A DNA stretch of 64,000 nucleotides from Patescibacteria group bacterium (GCA_041666325.1 JBAYHC010000001.1:201708-265707); one strand, 5' to 3'. Shown: positions 28,440-39,564, numbered from the stretch's first letter. Notes: generated by a model not told the origin, from the letters alone. A program made the numbers and translations.

Positions 28440-28916
28440 TTAATTAAAATATCGACTTATAGTGCTGCCAACAATGTGCGAAGCAACAACGACAATACCC
28501 AATACCGTTAGATGCTCGAGTACCACTCCAACAGGAGACATCTTTTGCCTTTTGGCAAGACAATAGCTGAAGAAGGCCAAAACTAGCGCTCCCCAAACAA
28601 CACTGGCAATAACCGCCTGATACAGGGGCAGAAGTACCACAGGAATAACAAATGAAAGTGCAAAAATAATCTTCCCAACAAGAGTCGACAGCGTAGAAAG
28701 CCATATCTCTGCGGGGGTATGTTGATTTTCTGACTCCTCAGAGATATGAATACCAAGAGCATCAGACAGGGCATCAGCAACAGCGATTGTGAGTATGCCG
28801 CCGATAACTGCCAGCCTTGACTCTGTCCCTGAGCTCAGCCCGATCAGTAAGCCAAGAGTGGTCACCACACCAGATGTCAAACCGAAACTTAGGCCTGTCT
28901 TGATTGAGTGATTCAT
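28440..28916 (-). CDS. VIT1/CCC1-like transporter
   Basis: FGLTSGVVTTLGL, IAVADALSDALGIHISEE. Confidence 0.8.
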   Translation of the reverse strand: MNHSIKTGLSFGLTSGVVTTLGLLIGLSSGTESRLAVIGGILTIAVADALSDALGIHISEESENQHTPAEIWLSTLSTLVGKIIFALSFVIPVVLLPLYQAVIASVVWGALVLAFFSYCLAKRQKMSPVGVVLEHLTVLGIVVVASHIVGSTISRYFN

Positions 28917-28980
28917 ATCCCGCTCTCCTTAGATATTTAATGCTACCATATTGCCATATCAGAACTCATGTGTCTAGACA

Positions 28981-29010
28981 AAGAAAACCCCTCATTTGAG
29001 GGGTTTTCTT
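28981..29010 (-). terminator. Intrinsic terminator after HTH-Hsp20
   Basis: aagaaaacccctca-tt-tgaggggttttctt. Confidence 0.8.
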
Positions 29011-29029
29011 AATTTGATCTTATGCTGGT

Positions 29030-29770
29030 TTACTTCTTGGCTGAAATCTTTAATTTCTGTGTTTTCTGCGGGTGAGCCTTGGGAACGGTAATTGCAAGAA
29101 CTCCGTTTTCCATTTTAGCGTCAGCCTTCTCGGCCACCACGTCAGTCGGCAAGGAGAAACTCCTGGAAAACTTTCCGCTAAAGCTTTCTTTGTAGGTAAA
29201 GCCTTCTTCCTTTTCCTCTTTTTCCTCTTTTTTCTCGCCCGAGATAGTTACAACGCCATCAGAAGAAACCTCGATATCGATCTCCTCCTCCGAGATGCCT
29301 GGCAATTCGGCTCGAATAACAATATCTTCTTTGCGCTCCCTAACATCGATCTTAGGCACGGCCGATACTGCCATTTTGGGCGTAATAAAGCTATCCTCAA
29401 GCAAGCGATCAACTGCGTCGCGGAGAGAAACTGTTTCTCGTATTGGACGCCACATATCAATATCCCCTGGCATATTTTTCTCCTTTCCGGAAGCCAAAGA
29501 TTGGCTCCCTACTATTTTAATATTAACCGATTTTTCATCCGAATTGTTTTGCAACTCGTCTTGCAGATTGAAAAGCTCCTCAAAGGCAAGGTCAAAAAAA
29601 CGGCAAATCGAAACAGCAATTGGCAAAGAAGGCAAAAAACGACCCTGCTCTAAGGCAATTACAGATTGGCGCGAGATCCCTAGCGCATCAGCAAGCTCTT
29701 CTTGACTAAGGGCATGCTCACGCCTAATCTCTTTTAGTTTGTTTTCTAATGAAAAATTATCTTCATCCAT
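29030..29770 (-). CDS. XRE-family HTH fused to Hsp20/alpha-crystallin domain
   Basis: N: LSQEELADALGISRQSV.ALE.G..LPSL; C: P.IDV.E, AELPG, G.FSRSFSLP, A.MENGVL.I.VPK. Confidence 0.9.
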   Translation of the reverse strand: MDEDNFSLENKLKEIRREHALSQEELADALGISRQSVIALEQGRFLPSLPIAVSICRFFDLAFEELFNLQDELQNNSDEKSVNIKIVGSQSLASGKEKNMPGDIDMWRPIRETVSLRDAVDRLLEDSFITPKMAVSAVPKIDVRERKEDIVIRAELPGISEEEIDIEVSSDGVVTISGEKKEEKEEKEEGFTYKESFSGKFSRSFSLPTDVVAEKADAKMENGVLAITVPKAHPQKTQKLKISAKK

Positions 29771-29776
29771 AACTAT

Positions 29777-29805
29777 AATGTAAAGTAAACTTTACATTTT
29801 GTCAA
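29777..29805 (-). promoter_or_regulatory. Promoter (TTGACA-17-TACATT) with overlapping palindromic operator; leaderless start
   Basis: aatgtaaag-taaa-ctttacatt at 29777-29798; -10 lies 7 nt before ATG. Confidence 0.75.
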
Positions 29806-29942
29806 CCCCCAGGCCTTGCTCTGTTCAAACCCGAATGCGGCCAAAGGATCAAGATCAGAAGTTTCTTGGCCAAAAAACACTGTTGAGATTAAACAAAAAA
29901 AACAGCGCCAAACGCTGTGCTGTCTCCGGCTCTGAACAACCT

Positions 29943-30491
29943 CTATGATTTCTCGTAGAGACGGACAAACGTATCTCTGCCTAAGTTGCGCACTGAGATC
30001 TCCTTCGCTGGCTTGTGTTTGCTGAACAAGAATGACAACGAAACAACTCTGGTTTCACTCGGAATGGTAGCAAAAAACCAGTCTTCAAGTTTGGAGAGAA
30101 CGCTATTCAAAAGGTAAAGATAGACAACATCAGCCTTCTTGAGATAATCCTCTGCGACTTTGAAGTCGCCAAAAAGGATCTTGATCTTATCCTGCTGGCC
30201 CGATAGTCTTACCATCAATATCGATTGTAAGTATGCATACGGAGAACGCTCTACGCCAACGCCTCTGGCGCCAAAATGTTTGGCCGCGATTATCAAGCTT
30301 CTCGCGTTGCCGCAACCCAGATCAACTACGAGCTCGCCCTTTTTGAGACCGGCCAACTCGAAGGCCTCGACCATTGCCTTCTTGTGGGAATAAACTGTTG
30401 GCGCACCCAAAAAGGTGGCATAGATTAGAGACACTTGCCAGAAGATCATGAACAGAAGCAGCAAGATAAGAAGTATTAGTATTGTCATCAT
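29943..30491 (-). CDS. Class I SAM-dependent methyltransferase with N-terminal TM
   Basis: GAP.V.S, VDLGCG, ADVVYLYL. Confidence 0.88.
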   Translation of the reverse strand: MMTILILLILLLLFMIFWQVSLIYATFLGAPTVYSHKKAMVEAFELAGLKKGELVVDLGCGNARSLIIAAKHFGARGVGVERSPYAYLQSILMVRLSGQQDKIKILFGDFKVAEDYLKKADVVYLYLLNSVLSKLEDWFFATIPSETRVVSLSFLFSKHKPAKEISVRNLGRDTFVRLYEKS

Positions 30492-30586
30492 CTAAAATAT
30501 TATACACTTTCATCATTTCGATTGCTACTATCAGAAAAATTAATTTTTCTGTATAATTACAAGCAATAGCTTACCGAGGAATATTT

Positions 30587-30814
30587 ATGGCCGATGACGA
30601 ACTAAAAAAAGCAATTGAGCGTCTCGCTGCACAAGAAAAAAAGCTGGCCTCTCTGCGCTGGAACTTCTGGCGCGGGGCAGCTTACGGATTCGGGTTTATC
30701 GTGGGATCAGCCTTGCTTGTTGCCCTTTTTGTCTGGGCACTTTCACTATTTGACACTGCTCCAATCATCGGTGAATATGTGGCCAAAATTGTTGATATCG
30801 TTAAAGGAAAATAA
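30587..30814 (+). CDS. Small membrane protein (DUF5665-like)
   Basis: NFWRG..YGFG..VG, P.IG.Y. Confidence 0.7.
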   Translation: MADDELKKAIERLAAQEKKLASLRWNFWRGAAYGFGFIVGSALLVALFVWALSLFDTAPIIGEYVAKIVDIVKGK

Positions 30815-30962
30815 TCCACTAATCCAGCTCTTGGTCCAACTTACCTAGCCCTCACGCTTTTTCACTGCTCCAACCGGAGCGGTTTTCTTTTGAATGCCGC
30901 ATAGTTCTTGACTGCAGAGCATCTTTGCAGTAATCTTCTATAAGCTCGAAGGAGGTAGAGAC

Positions 30963-31589
30963 ATGCAAGTGCAGAGCCAACTTTACTGGCCGACTGTTTA
31001 CTTCATGAAGCTCGTTCATTTTCTTACGCGGCAGCACACGATTATTGAGGGCGAGTCGAACCTGCCGAAATCAGGCGGGTGTGTCTTCGCACCCAAGCAT
31101 CACTCGAATGGCGATCCACCCAAGCTCATCCAGAGTTTGAAGCGGCACATCTTCTTCATGGGGAAGATCGGGTTGTTCCGGCGAACGATAACCAGATTCT
31201 ATTACCTCCATGCCTCAGTGTTCCCGGTTAATGACAAAAGCAGGCGATCGATTATCGCAGCGTTAGATTTCGCCACTAGCTTGGCTAAAGAGGGCAAGGT
31301 TGTCGGCATCTTTCCCGAGGGCACCAAGACTCCAGGCACACAGCTTGGCAAAATCCATGGCGGCGCAATCAAGGTCTCGCGCGAAGCGAATGTGCCGCTC
31401 GTACCGATCGGCTTGGCCTATAGCGACAATTACCACGCCACATTCTGGAAGCCTCGGCAGCGCATCGCCATCGTTATCGGCAAACCGATTCTGCCCGAGG
31501 AACTTGAGGACACGGACCACCCAACACTTCTTCTTGAGGCGCGCCTTAACCAACTAATGAAGCGCGCGGATCAATTGCTTTCGCGCTAA
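30963..31589 (+). CDS. Lysophospholipid acyltransferase (PlsC-like)
   Basis: HHSNGD (HxxxxD), IFPEGT, VPLVP, IGKPI. Confidence 0.88.
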   Translation: MQVQSQLYWPTVYFMKLVHFLTRQHTIIEGESNLPKSGGCVFAPKHHSNGDPPKLIQSLKRHIFFMGKIGLFRRTITRFYYLHASVFPVNDKSRRSIIAALDFATSLAKEGKVVGIFPEGTKTPGTQLGKIHGGAIKVSREANVPLVPIGLAYSDNYHATFWKPRQRIAIVIGKPILPEELEDTDHPTLLLEARLNQLMKRADQLLSR

Positions 31590-31739
31590 TACCGACAGAC
31601 GGGCCACCCCGTCTTTTTGTTTCAATCACAAACAACATAGGATTGCGAAACAGCTGCGCAAGAGCTATCATTGAAGAGTGTTTGTTTGAGCAATGGTGCG
31701 ATATTATAACAAGAGCTTGATAACTAAGTCACGAGTGTT

Positions 31740-32576
31740 ATGACCTACCAACCAAAGCACGCCGCAGAAAAAATATATAAAGAGGGCGTTAAACGCATTT
31801 TTGAACATGTCCATATCGGCAAGGCCGATTTGCATATCCATTCAAATTTCTCTGACGCCAAGCCAAGCATCGAAGAGATACTTGAGTGGACTCAGAAAAA
31901 AACCGATCTTGATATCATCGCCATTACCGACCACGACACTATTGACGGCGCTCTTTTGGCTCAAAAAATCGCCAAGACCAAGAAATATCGATTTGAAATT
32001 GTTGTTGGGGAGGAGATCTCGACCAAAGAGGGACACGTTTTAGGACTATTTTTGACCGAAAAGATAAAACCTCACCTCACTGCCCACGAGACACTAAAAC
32101 AAATAAAATCACAGGGTGGTGTCTCTATTGCCGCTCATCCATTCAACTATACGCGCCTGAACGGCGGGAAAATGACGCTCAATGATGGCATCGGAATGAT
32201 TACGCTCTTCAAAGAGAAGGATCTTGTCGATGCGGTCGAGACAGTGAATGCTACCCCGACACGCAACAGGGAGAATTTAAGCGCACAGTTTATGAATGAT
32301 ACAGTGCTCTTCAGGGCAGAAACCGGAGGCAGTGATGCTCACATCCTTGACGCAATTGGCATGGGCCAAACATTGTTTGAGGGGAGACATGCAACGGAGC
32401 TTAAGGATGCACTTTTACACAATCAAACCAAGGCTATCAGCAAGCGCTGGCGTTTGATGGCACTGCTGCGATATCTCTATTTCTTCTTGCCCAAGGGTCT
32501 ACGCCTCTTTTTCTACACACTTTTCCACGGCAGAAGAGCCAAACGACCGGAAATGTTTATCAGCCAGGGGGTTTAG
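31740..32576 (+). CDS. PHP-domain metallophosphoesterase
   Basis: DLHIHS..SD, ITDHD, GEE, AHP, GSDAH. Confidence 0.9.
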   Translation: MTYQPKHAAEKIYKEGVKRIFEHVHIGKADLHIHSNFSDAKPSIEEILEWTQKKTDLDIIAITDHDTIDGALLAQKIAKTKKYRFEIVVGEEISTKEGHVLGLFLTEKIKPHLTAHETLKQIKSQGGVSIAAHPFNYTRLNGGKMTLNDGIGMITLFKEKDLVDAVETVNATPTRNRENLSAQFMNDTVLFRAETGGSDAHILDAIGMGQTLFEGRHATELKDALLHNQTKAISKRWRLMALLRYLYFFLPKGLRLFFYTLFHGRRAKRPEMFISQGV

Positions 32577-32625
32577 TCGACCAAAATACTAGGCAGAGCC
32601 AACATTGCTGTCACGAAGCAATCAG

Positions 32626-33015
32626 TCACCTAATAAAATCGAGATAGATTCCAATTATCAGGGCTATGCCAGAGGTGGCAAATATGAATATGTAGTTCCA
32701 TTGCTCTCTGGACGAGACGAGCGTCTCAAGGATATATTTCATCACGGCCTTATCGGCTTCATCTAAACCGTCAAGCCCAGCAACTTTCTTGACGAGTTGG
32801 TGATCGACAATCAATCGCTCTCGTTTTTCCGAGATAGCGTAACGATGAGCAAAATAAAAAATAAATCCGACCGTGCCAATATACCAGGCAACCTTGGTCC
32901 AGATGGGATCATAATTTGTAAGAACTATAATTGATCGATAGACAAAAGTAGCGACAATGCCAATCCAAAAATAGAAGAGCCGTTGATATCTTGAGTGCGG
33001 CTTAACTTCATCCAT
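32626..33015 (-). CDS. Hypothetical membrane protein
   Basis: Three hydrophobic segments, aggagg RBS. Confidence 0.65.
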   Translation of the reverse strand: MDEVKPHSRYQRLFYFWIGIVATFVYRSIIVLTNYDPIWTKVAWYIGTVGFIFYFAHRYAISEKRERLIVDHQLVKKVAGLDGLDEADKAVMKYILETLVSSREQWNYIFIFATSGIALIIGIYLDFIR

Positions 33016-33101
33016 CGTACCCCTCCTGCTAGCAAATAATTAGTGCTATTCTATCATCTTTTTACCAAGAGCGCACAGACAAATGGCAGCAACTCTGAGT
33101 A

Positions 33102-34913
33102 CTACCTGCGATTGCGATATCGTTCAGAGGAACCCAATATCTTCTTCCGGAGTCGCAAGTTTTTGGGAGTTACTTCCAGCAGCTCATCTTCTTCCAAAAA
33201 GTCGATACATTGCTCTAGGCTCATGATAGTTGGTGGCGTCAAGACTGTTGAGATATCAGAGTTAGATGCTCGAACATTTGTAAGCTTCTTTTCCTTGGTA
33301 ACATTTATTTCGATATCATCTTCGCGCAAATTTAGTCCAATAATCATACCCTCATATACTTCAGTTGCTGGCAGAATAAAGGTTGTGCCTCGATTCTGAG
33401 CATTCTCAAGCCCATAGGCAACGGCCTTGCCGCTATCATACGAAATAAGAACTCCATTTCGAAGCTTTGGAATGGCAGGACCTAATGGCTGCCAAGACAA
33501 AAAGAGTGTATTCATCACGGCTGTACCGCGCGAAAGTGTGAGCAGTTGGTTTCTAAGACCGAGCAAGCCACGAGTAGGAATCTCAAATACAAGTCGGGTT
33601 GAAACATCGGAATTTTCAGATTGATGCGTGAGCATTCCACGACGTCTTCCGACTTCACCAGTAATGCTGCTCGAATACTCGGATGGAACATCAACGGTCA
33701 ACTCCTCGACTGGCTCATACTCGACACCGTCGATCTTCTTGGTAATAACGTGGGGCTTACCGACTTGCAGTTCGTATCCCTCGCGACGCAATGTCTCGAT
33801 AAAAACTGAGAGGTGTAACTCTCCCCTGCCTGACAAAATGTATTCACCAGTGTCAGAGGTTGCCATTTTCATTGACACATTTGTCTCTAGCTCTTTCTTG
33901 ATTCGATCAAGCAACTGGCGAGCTGTGACAAACTTTCCCTCGCGTCCTGCGAAAGGTGAAGTATTTGCGTAAACGGCAATGTTTAATGTTGGCTCTTCGA
34001 TAGCAATTGTTGGCAAAGCTTCCGGATTAGAGGCATCAGCAATCGTATCACCAATTGAGGCATTTTTGACACCCGAAAGCGCGATGATATCTCCGGAAAC
34101 AGCATCACTAACATCAACACGGCGAAGTCCCTGGCTGATCATAACTTTCTCAATTCTTGTTGTCTCTGTTACCCCTTTTTCGTTGACCAGAGCGACAGAA
34201 AGTCCGGGCTTAGCTATGCCGCGAGTAATTTTACCGATGACGTACTTGCCAGAGTAGTTATCCCAATCAAGCGCCGAAACAAGTAGCTGGAATTTTCCCT
34301 CTACATCAGAAACAGGCGCTGGGACATGCTCAAGGATAGCGTCCAAAATTGGAGTAAGGTCAGCTGGTGCGGCCTCATCTTCGGGCAATTCATCCCAGGC
34401 CTTACCGTCTCGACCGATGGCATAATAGATCGGGAAATCAAGTTGAGCTTCATCTGTAGCAAGCTCCAGGAATAGATCGTATGTCTTATTGATTGTGGCC
34501 GGAATATCAGCATTAACTTTGTCGATTTTGTTAATAACGACAATTGGTTTCAGTCCAATTTCCAGGGCTTTTTTGAGCACAAATTTTGTTTGCGGCATGG
34601 GACCTTCTTGAGCATCAATAACAAGAATCGCACCCTCTGCCATATTGAGAGTTCGCTCTACTTCGCCACCAAAATCAGCGTGACCAGGAGTATCAATGAT
34701 GTTTACTTTCGTCTCTTTGTAAATAATAGCCGTATTCTTGGCCAAGATGGTAATGCCTCGCTCGCGCTCCTGGTCATTGGAATCCAGAATTAAAGTTTGC
34801 GAAAAAGCCGCTTCGTTTTCACGAAACGTCTTCGACTGTTTCAGGAGTCCGTCAACCAGGGTTGTCTTACCGTGGTCAACGTGGGCGATGATAGCTACAT
34901 TTCTAATATTCAT
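33102..34913 (-). CDS. typA: Translational GTPase TypA/BipA
   Basis: AHVDHGKTT, RGITILAK, DTPGHADF, GRGELHL, EVTPK.LRLRK. Confidence 0.97.
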   Translation of the reverse strand: MNIRNVAIIAHVDHGKTTLVDGLLKQSKTFRENEAAFSQTLILDSNDQERERGITILAKNTAIIYKETKVNIIDTPGHADFGGEVERTLNMAEGAILVIDAQEGPMPQTKFVLKKALEIGLKPIVVINKIDKVNADIPATINKTYDLFLELATDEAQLDFPIYYAIGRDGKAWDELPEDEAAPADLTPILDAILEHVPAPVSDVEGKFQLLVSALDWDNYSGKYVIGKITRGIAKPGLSVALVNEKGVTETTRIEKVMISQGLRRVDVSDAVSGDIIALSGVKNASIGDTIADASNPEALPTIAIEEPTLNIAVYANTSPFAGREGKFVTARQLLDRIKKELETNVSMKMATSDTGEYILSGRGELHLSVFIETLRREGYELQVGKPHVITKKIDGVEYEPVEELTVDVPSEYSSSITGEVGRRRGMLTHQSENSDVSTRLVFEIPTRGLLGLRNQLLTLSRGTAVMNTLFLSWQPLGPAIPKLRNGVLISYDSGKAVAYGLENAQNRGTTFILPATEVYEGMIIGLNLREDDIEINVTKEKKLTNVRASNSDISTVLTPPTIMSLEQCIDFLEEDELLEVTPKNLRLRKKILGSSERYRNRR

Positions 34914-34995
34914 AATAAAAATAGAGTGATTATTGTGCGAGAACTTTAAATATCGGACTATGTAATTCTACTTGTTTTGTCTGGTCATGTCAATG

Positions 34996-35982
34996 CTACT
35001 GACTAATCCAGATGTTTAGAAGCTGATCTCGATCCCCTGTCGCAATTTTGGTTTGACCGTTCGCCCGCAAAATTGACCTACCGTCCGAGGTTGCATCCCA
35101 CAAGCTTCCGCGCAGAAAAACATTGAGACCACAGCCAATACCGGCTATCTGCATTTTCCCGGCCATAGCATACTTGAGCCACGCTTCCTTCTCGGTAATG
35201 TTTTTATCGCCATGCCAGGGCTTGTCCCACACTCCCTGAGGCGAGAGATAGGATGGGACTGCGAGCAAGGTGGGCCCTTGAGCCTTAATTATTTCATAGC
35301 TTTTCTCATGCCATGAATCCGCGCATATAAGCACTGCCAGCTTCCCGGCAGAGAGGGAAAACACCGGCAGATCTTCAACTTTGCCTGGAGAAGTGAAGCC
35401 CCTTTCCTCGTCAATCAAGGACGCTTTCCGAATGACCGGACTAATTGCTCCGCCATCCGACCCATAAACAACCGAGGTATTGTAGAGTGACCCCGGAGAA
35501 GAAATTAGCACGCCATCCGATATCGCAGGATTAGACAGAACGATAGAGCCAGCCACGATGGTCACATCATACTTTTTGGCCAAGTAAGAAAAAGTATGAT
35601 TGTAGATTGAGCACATGGAATCTGACTTGAGTAAGAACAAAGCCTTTCTAATATTTCCAGTCTTCAACATCCATCTCCCAAACCCGATTGGATGCTGAAG
35701 GATTACCCGAATAATGACCGAGGATAGATTCTTGTAGTGATAGGCTGAGTCAGGCAGATTAGCTGCTACCAGCCAAGTACCGACATACTCCGGATAAACG
35801 ACAATTGTTTTTGGATTAAGTAATCCAGCTTTCTTCGAGGTCTCGAGATAGCCCTCCATTTTGGCCATATATCGATCGGCGGTCGCATAATCCATCGGTG
35901 AGACACATGGCTGAACACCAAGAATATTACCTTGTTCCGACCTCTCGCTAAAATTAACAATGTTTACGCTCTGCTTCGACAT
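34996..35982 (-). CDS. Carbon-nitrogen hydrolase (nitrilase-like)
   Basis: VYPE, K..L, LICAD catalytic triad context. Confidence 0.85.
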   Translation of the reverse strand: MSKQSVNIVNFSERSEQGNILGVQPCVSPMDYATADRYMAKMEGYLETSKKAGLLNPKTIVVYPEYVGTWLVAANLPDSAYHYKNLSSVIIRVILQHPIGFGRWMLKTGNIRKALFLLKSDSMCSIYNHTFSYLAKKYDVTIVAGSIVLSNPAISDGVLISSPGSLYNTSVVYGSDGGAISPVIRKASLIDEERGFTSPGKVEDLPVFSLSAGKLAVLICADSWHEKSYEIIKAQGPTLLAVPSYLSPQGVWDKPWHGDKNITEKEAWLKYAMAGKMQIAGIGCGLNVFLRGSLWDATSDGRSILRANGQTKIATGDRDQLLNIWISQ

Positions 35983-36055
35983 AAAATCTCTCTGTTTTTA
36001 CTTTGTCTTAAGTTAAGATAGTATGAAATGTTAAGTATTAGCAATAATTATACCT

Positions 36056-36523
36056 ATGACACTCTCCGGTCACATTGCAGTTACAACCATCACCATACAA
36101 TATATTCCAGATCTGGCCATTCTTCTAGCTGTCAATTTTCTGCTCCACCCCCTACTTGATGCCATACCTCACGCAGAGTGGACAACATTTCGAGATTCAA
36201 AACTAAAAATGATCCTCATCACCCTCATGGATACTGTGGCGGCAATATGGCTTACTCTGCTCGCATTTCAAAATCTGAGGCAACCTGCTTGGCTGATCGT
36301 TACAGCCATCATTATCGGACTCTGGCCAGATCTTCTCGATTTTGTGGCGGGAAAAAGATTAAAGCGTTTCCGCCACTGGCACCAGTTCTTCCACACCTGG
36401 CCGATTGCTCCCAATGATCCAGTTGGCTGGGAAAGAACAGCCACGGGCAATGTCCCCACCTGGTTAAAAGTTCTCTCCCAATCAATTCTGGTAGCACTAG
36501 CTTACTATCTCATAGTCAATTAA
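36056..36523 (+). CDS. Membrane-bound metal-dependent hydrolase-like protein
   Basis: H, H..LDAIPH, PD, H..FH motifs in TM helices. Confidence 0.65.
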   Translation: MTLSGHIAVTTITIQYIPDLAILLAVNFLLHPLLDAIPHAEWTTFRDSKLKMILITLMDTVAAIWLTLLAFQNLRQPAWLIVTAIIIGLWPDLLDFVAGKRLKRFRHWHQFFHTWPIAPNDPVGWERTATGNVPTWLKVLSQSILVALAYYLIVN

Positions 36524-36684
36524 TCGACCAAAATAATTCAATTATCTCACCCTGGCAATCGGTTATTTTTTAACCGATTGCTTGATACTAGAAACAATCA
36601 GAAGCTTTATTTATAATAGCTTGGGGTATAAAAACCCATGGATGATAGCATTATCCATTATTTTATTTTTAACTGGCAATTATC

Positions 36685-37581
36685 ATGAAGCTAAGCATTA
36701 TCGGGACGATCGGATTAGATGATGTAAGGTCTCCCTTCGGAGAGGTGAACGGCGCTCTTGGCGGAAGCGGGGTGTACGCATCTTGCGCTGCCTCGTTTTT
36801 TGTCTCTCCTGCTCTCATTAGTATTATGGGAAAAGACATGCCGGAGGTATCACTGGCTACCCTCAAAAAAAGAGGTATCAATCTTGACGGCGTTGCGATA
36901 AGTGAAAAAACATTCCGCTGGACCGGCTCGTACGAATATGACATGAATGAAGCTAAAACACATAGAACCGAGCTCAACTCCCTGCAAGAATTCAAGCCCA
37001 CCCTTCTGCCAGCACACAAGGAGTCTGAGTTTCTTTTCTTGGGCAATATCGATCCCGATCTCCAACTCGAGGCTCTAAATCAAGTTTCGAGCAAGCCCTT
37101 CGTTGTAATTGACACGATGAACTACTGGATTTCAAGCAAGAAGGACGCACTCATTGAGGTAATAAAAAGGGTGAACTGCGTGGTTCTGAATGAGGGCGAG
37201 GCACGACAGCTCTTCGACACGCCCAACCTGATCAAAGCTGGCAAAGCGCTCCTGGAGCTTGGTCCAGAGTATGCCATTATCAAAAAAGGCGAACACGGAG
37301 CCCTACTCTTTTCCTTCAATGATTTCTTTTCTGCGCCAGGATACCCCCTCGAAGAGGTCAAGGACCCAACCGGTGCCGGAGATTCCTTCGCCGGAGGCAT
37401 GATCGGATACCTTGCAAAGATAGGCACGGTCACACCCCAAGAGATGAGAAAAGCGATTATCTATGGCAGTGCTATTGCCTCTTTCTGCGCCGAGGATTTT
37501 AGTCTTAACTACTTAGACAAAACTACTAATAAAGATGTAAAGGAGCGGTATGACACCTTCAAAAGTATTAGAAAGTTCTAA
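36685..37581 (+). CDS. PfkB-family carbohydrate/nucleoside kinase (adenosine kinase-like)
   Basis: [19 protein letters not shown]; adjacent to ahcY. Confidence 0.9.
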   Translation: MKLSIIGTIGLDDVRSPFGEVNGALGGSGVYASCAASFFVSPALISIMGKDMPEVSLATLKKRGINLDGVAISEKTFRWTGSYEYDMNEAKTHRTELNSLQEFKPTLLPAHKESEFLFLGNIDPDLQLEALNQVSSKPFVVIDTMNYWISSKKDALIEVIKRVNCVVLNEGEARQLFDTPNLIKAGKALLELGPEYAIIKKGEHGALLFSFNDFFSAPGYPLEEVKDPTGAGDSFAGGMIGYLAKIGTVTPQEMRKAIIYGSAIASFCAEDFSLNYLDKTTNKDVKERYDTFKSIRKF

Positions 37582-38893
37582 CTTCTCTGAAAAGATTGGA
37601 CGGTATAAAGTTCGAGATATCGCTCTTGCCGATTGGGGCAGAAAAGAGCTGATTTTGGCAGAGAAAGAGATGCCTGGACTTATGGCGCTCCGCAAAAAGT
37701 ATGCCGCCAAGAAGCCACTCGAGGGCGCTAGAATTAGCGGCTGCCTTCACATGACTATCCAGACCGCAGTTTTGATTGAGACGCTTGTAGAGCTAGGAGC
37801 GGAGGTTCGCTGGAGCAGCTGCAATATCTACTCAACCCAAGACCATGCTGCCGCCGCGATCGCCGCTGTTGGCATTCCAGTTTTTGCCTGGAAAGGCGAG
37901 ACAGAAGATGAATACTGGTGGTGTGTTGAAGAGTCATTGAAGTTTGGTGGAGGCAAAGGCCCGAACATGCTCCTAGATGATGGCGGCGACCTGACTTTGA
38001 TCGTTAATGATAAATACCCAGAAATGGCCGGGCAGACAATCGGGGTGTCCGAGGAAACAACGACTGGCGTTCATCGCCTCTATCAAATGATGGAAAAAGG
38101 CACGCTTAAGATGCCTGCCATTAATGTCAACGATTCCGTAACCAAATCAAAATTCGATAATAAATATGGCTGCCGCGAAAGCTTGGCAGATGGAATCAAA
38201 CGAGCAACAGACATCATGATCGCCGGCAAAACTGTGGTTATCGCTGGCTTTGGAGATGTTGGCAAGGGCTGCGCACAAAGTATGAGAGGCTTCGGCGCCA
38301 GAGTACTCGTAACGGAGATAGACCCGATCAATGCCCTTCAGGCAGCAATGGAAGGTTATGAAGTTGTCACAATGGAGACAGCAGCGCCGATGTCCGATAT
38401 TTTTGTCACCACAACCGGATGCTGCGATGTAATCACGGGCAAACATATGACGAAAATGAAGGATGGAGCCATAGTCTGCAACATAGGGCACTTCGATAGC
38501 GAAATAGATGTGAAGTGGCTCGAAAGCCAAGATGACATCAACGAGCAAAACATAAAGCCACAAGTAGACAAATTTATTTGGAAAAATGGTAAGTGCTTGA
38601 TACTTCTATCGCGCGGGCGCCTCGTAAATCTTGGCAACGCCCATGGTCACCCCAGCTTCGTGATGAGTACTTCATTTACCAATCAATGCCTAGCTCAAAT
38701 TGCTCTTTACACTGAAACTAATAAATACGAACGCGGCACGGTGTATACTCTGGCAAAAGAGCTCGATGAAGAAGTCGCGCGTCTGCATCTAGACAAATTA
38801 TCCGTCAAGCTAACAACCCTGACAGCTAAACAAGCCAAGTATCTTGGCCTCTCCCCGAAGGGTCCATTCAAGCCAGACCACTACCGATACTAA
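37550..38893 (+). CDS. ahcY: S-adenosylhomocysteine hydrolase
   Basis: [50 protein letters not shown] end. Confidence 0.97.
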   Translation: MTPSKVLESSNFSEKIGRYKVRDIALADWGRKELILAEKEMPGLMALRKKYAAKKPLEGARISGCLHMTIQTAVLIETLVELGAEVRWSSCNIYSTQDHAAAAIAAVGIPVFAWKGETEDEYWWCVEESLKFGGGKGPNMLLDDGGDLTLIVNDKYPEMAGQTIGVSEETTTGVHRLYQMMEKGTLKMPAINVNDSVTKSKFDNKYGCRESLADGIKRATDIMIAGKTVVIAGFGDVGKGCAQSMRGFGARVLVTEIDPINALQAAMEGYEVVTMETAAPMSDIFVTTTGCCDVITGKHMTKMKDGAIVCNIGHFDSEIDVKWLESQDDINEQNIKPQVDKFIWKNGKCLILLSRGRLVNLGNAHGHPSFVMSTSFTNQCLAQIALYTETNKYERGTVYTLAKELDEEVARLHLDKLSVKLTTLTAKQAKYLGLSPKGPFKPDHYRY

Positions 38894-39030
38894 ATACCTG
38901 CCGTAATCCAGAAAAATAAAAAGACCGTACTCGGTCAGCGAGCCTTTCGGCTAGTTCTTGCCGCTATGATCTCGGACCCGAGACTATAGCGGACGGGTTA
39001 CAGAGCAACACGCAATCTCGCGCGCCCTCT

Positions 39031-39564
39031 CTATTGTCGACGGAAATCCCGCCACTTGGGAACGAAGATATCTGTTACCACCTGTGCGATGGCCGGATTG
39101 ACAAGACCTTCGATCGACCGACCCTCGACCAGACAATCCCGAACTTCACTTGCCGAAATCTTCGGGCTGGCAACACCGTCATACCTATTGATGATCTCGA
39201 ACTGACGACTAGCTGAAATGAAGAACTCGATATCTCCCCTTGAACCGCCAAAGAAGGTGGCTTCATGAAATGGATCAATGCCGCATGTCTCCAAGATATC
39301 ATCAAGGGCTAAGAGCCACTCTTCGTCACTCTGATAGTCCGGAAGACCGAGCACCTTGAGATTCGGATAGAGATGACGCAAAAGGTCACGCCTCTCTTTG
39401 TAAGAAAAGAAATGACGCATGGAAATCGGATGGTTGCAACTGCCAACAACAACCAAGCTGTTCGCTTCACCGCAAACATCTATCATGTGCGAAATGACCA
39501 CCTCGTGACCGGCGTGAACCGGCGAGAAACGCCCGACGTACACACCCTTCTTCGGCTGTGCCAT
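39031..39564 (-). CDS. Cytidylyltransferase-like nucleotidyltransferase (NadM/NMNAT-like)
   Basis: GRFSPVHAGH (HxGH), F...ER, ISASEVR. Confidence 0.8.
   Translation of the reverse strand: MAQPKKGVYVGRFSPVHAGHEVVISHMIDVCGEANSLVVVGSCNHPISMRHFFSYKERRDLLRHLYPNLKVLGLPDYQSDEEWLLALDDILETCGIDPFHEATFFGGSRGDIEFFISASRQFEIINRYDGVASPKISASEVRDCLVEGRSIEGLVNPAIAQVVTDIFVPKWRDFRRQ

Noticed and set aside
29072-29705. Plus-strand ORFs opposite HTH-Hsp20, and similar antisense ORFs across housekeeping genes
   Set aside because: Shadow frames of well-supported genes with no independent coding signal.
36540-36684. SAH/SAM riboswitch upstream of pfkB-ahcY
   Set aside because: Only simple AT-rich hairpins; no recognisable riboswitch consensus.
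38915-39030. Cluster of hairpins between ahcY and the NadM-like gene as an ncRNA
   Set aside because: Adequately explained as 3' UTR/terminator structures of convergent genes; no further evidence.
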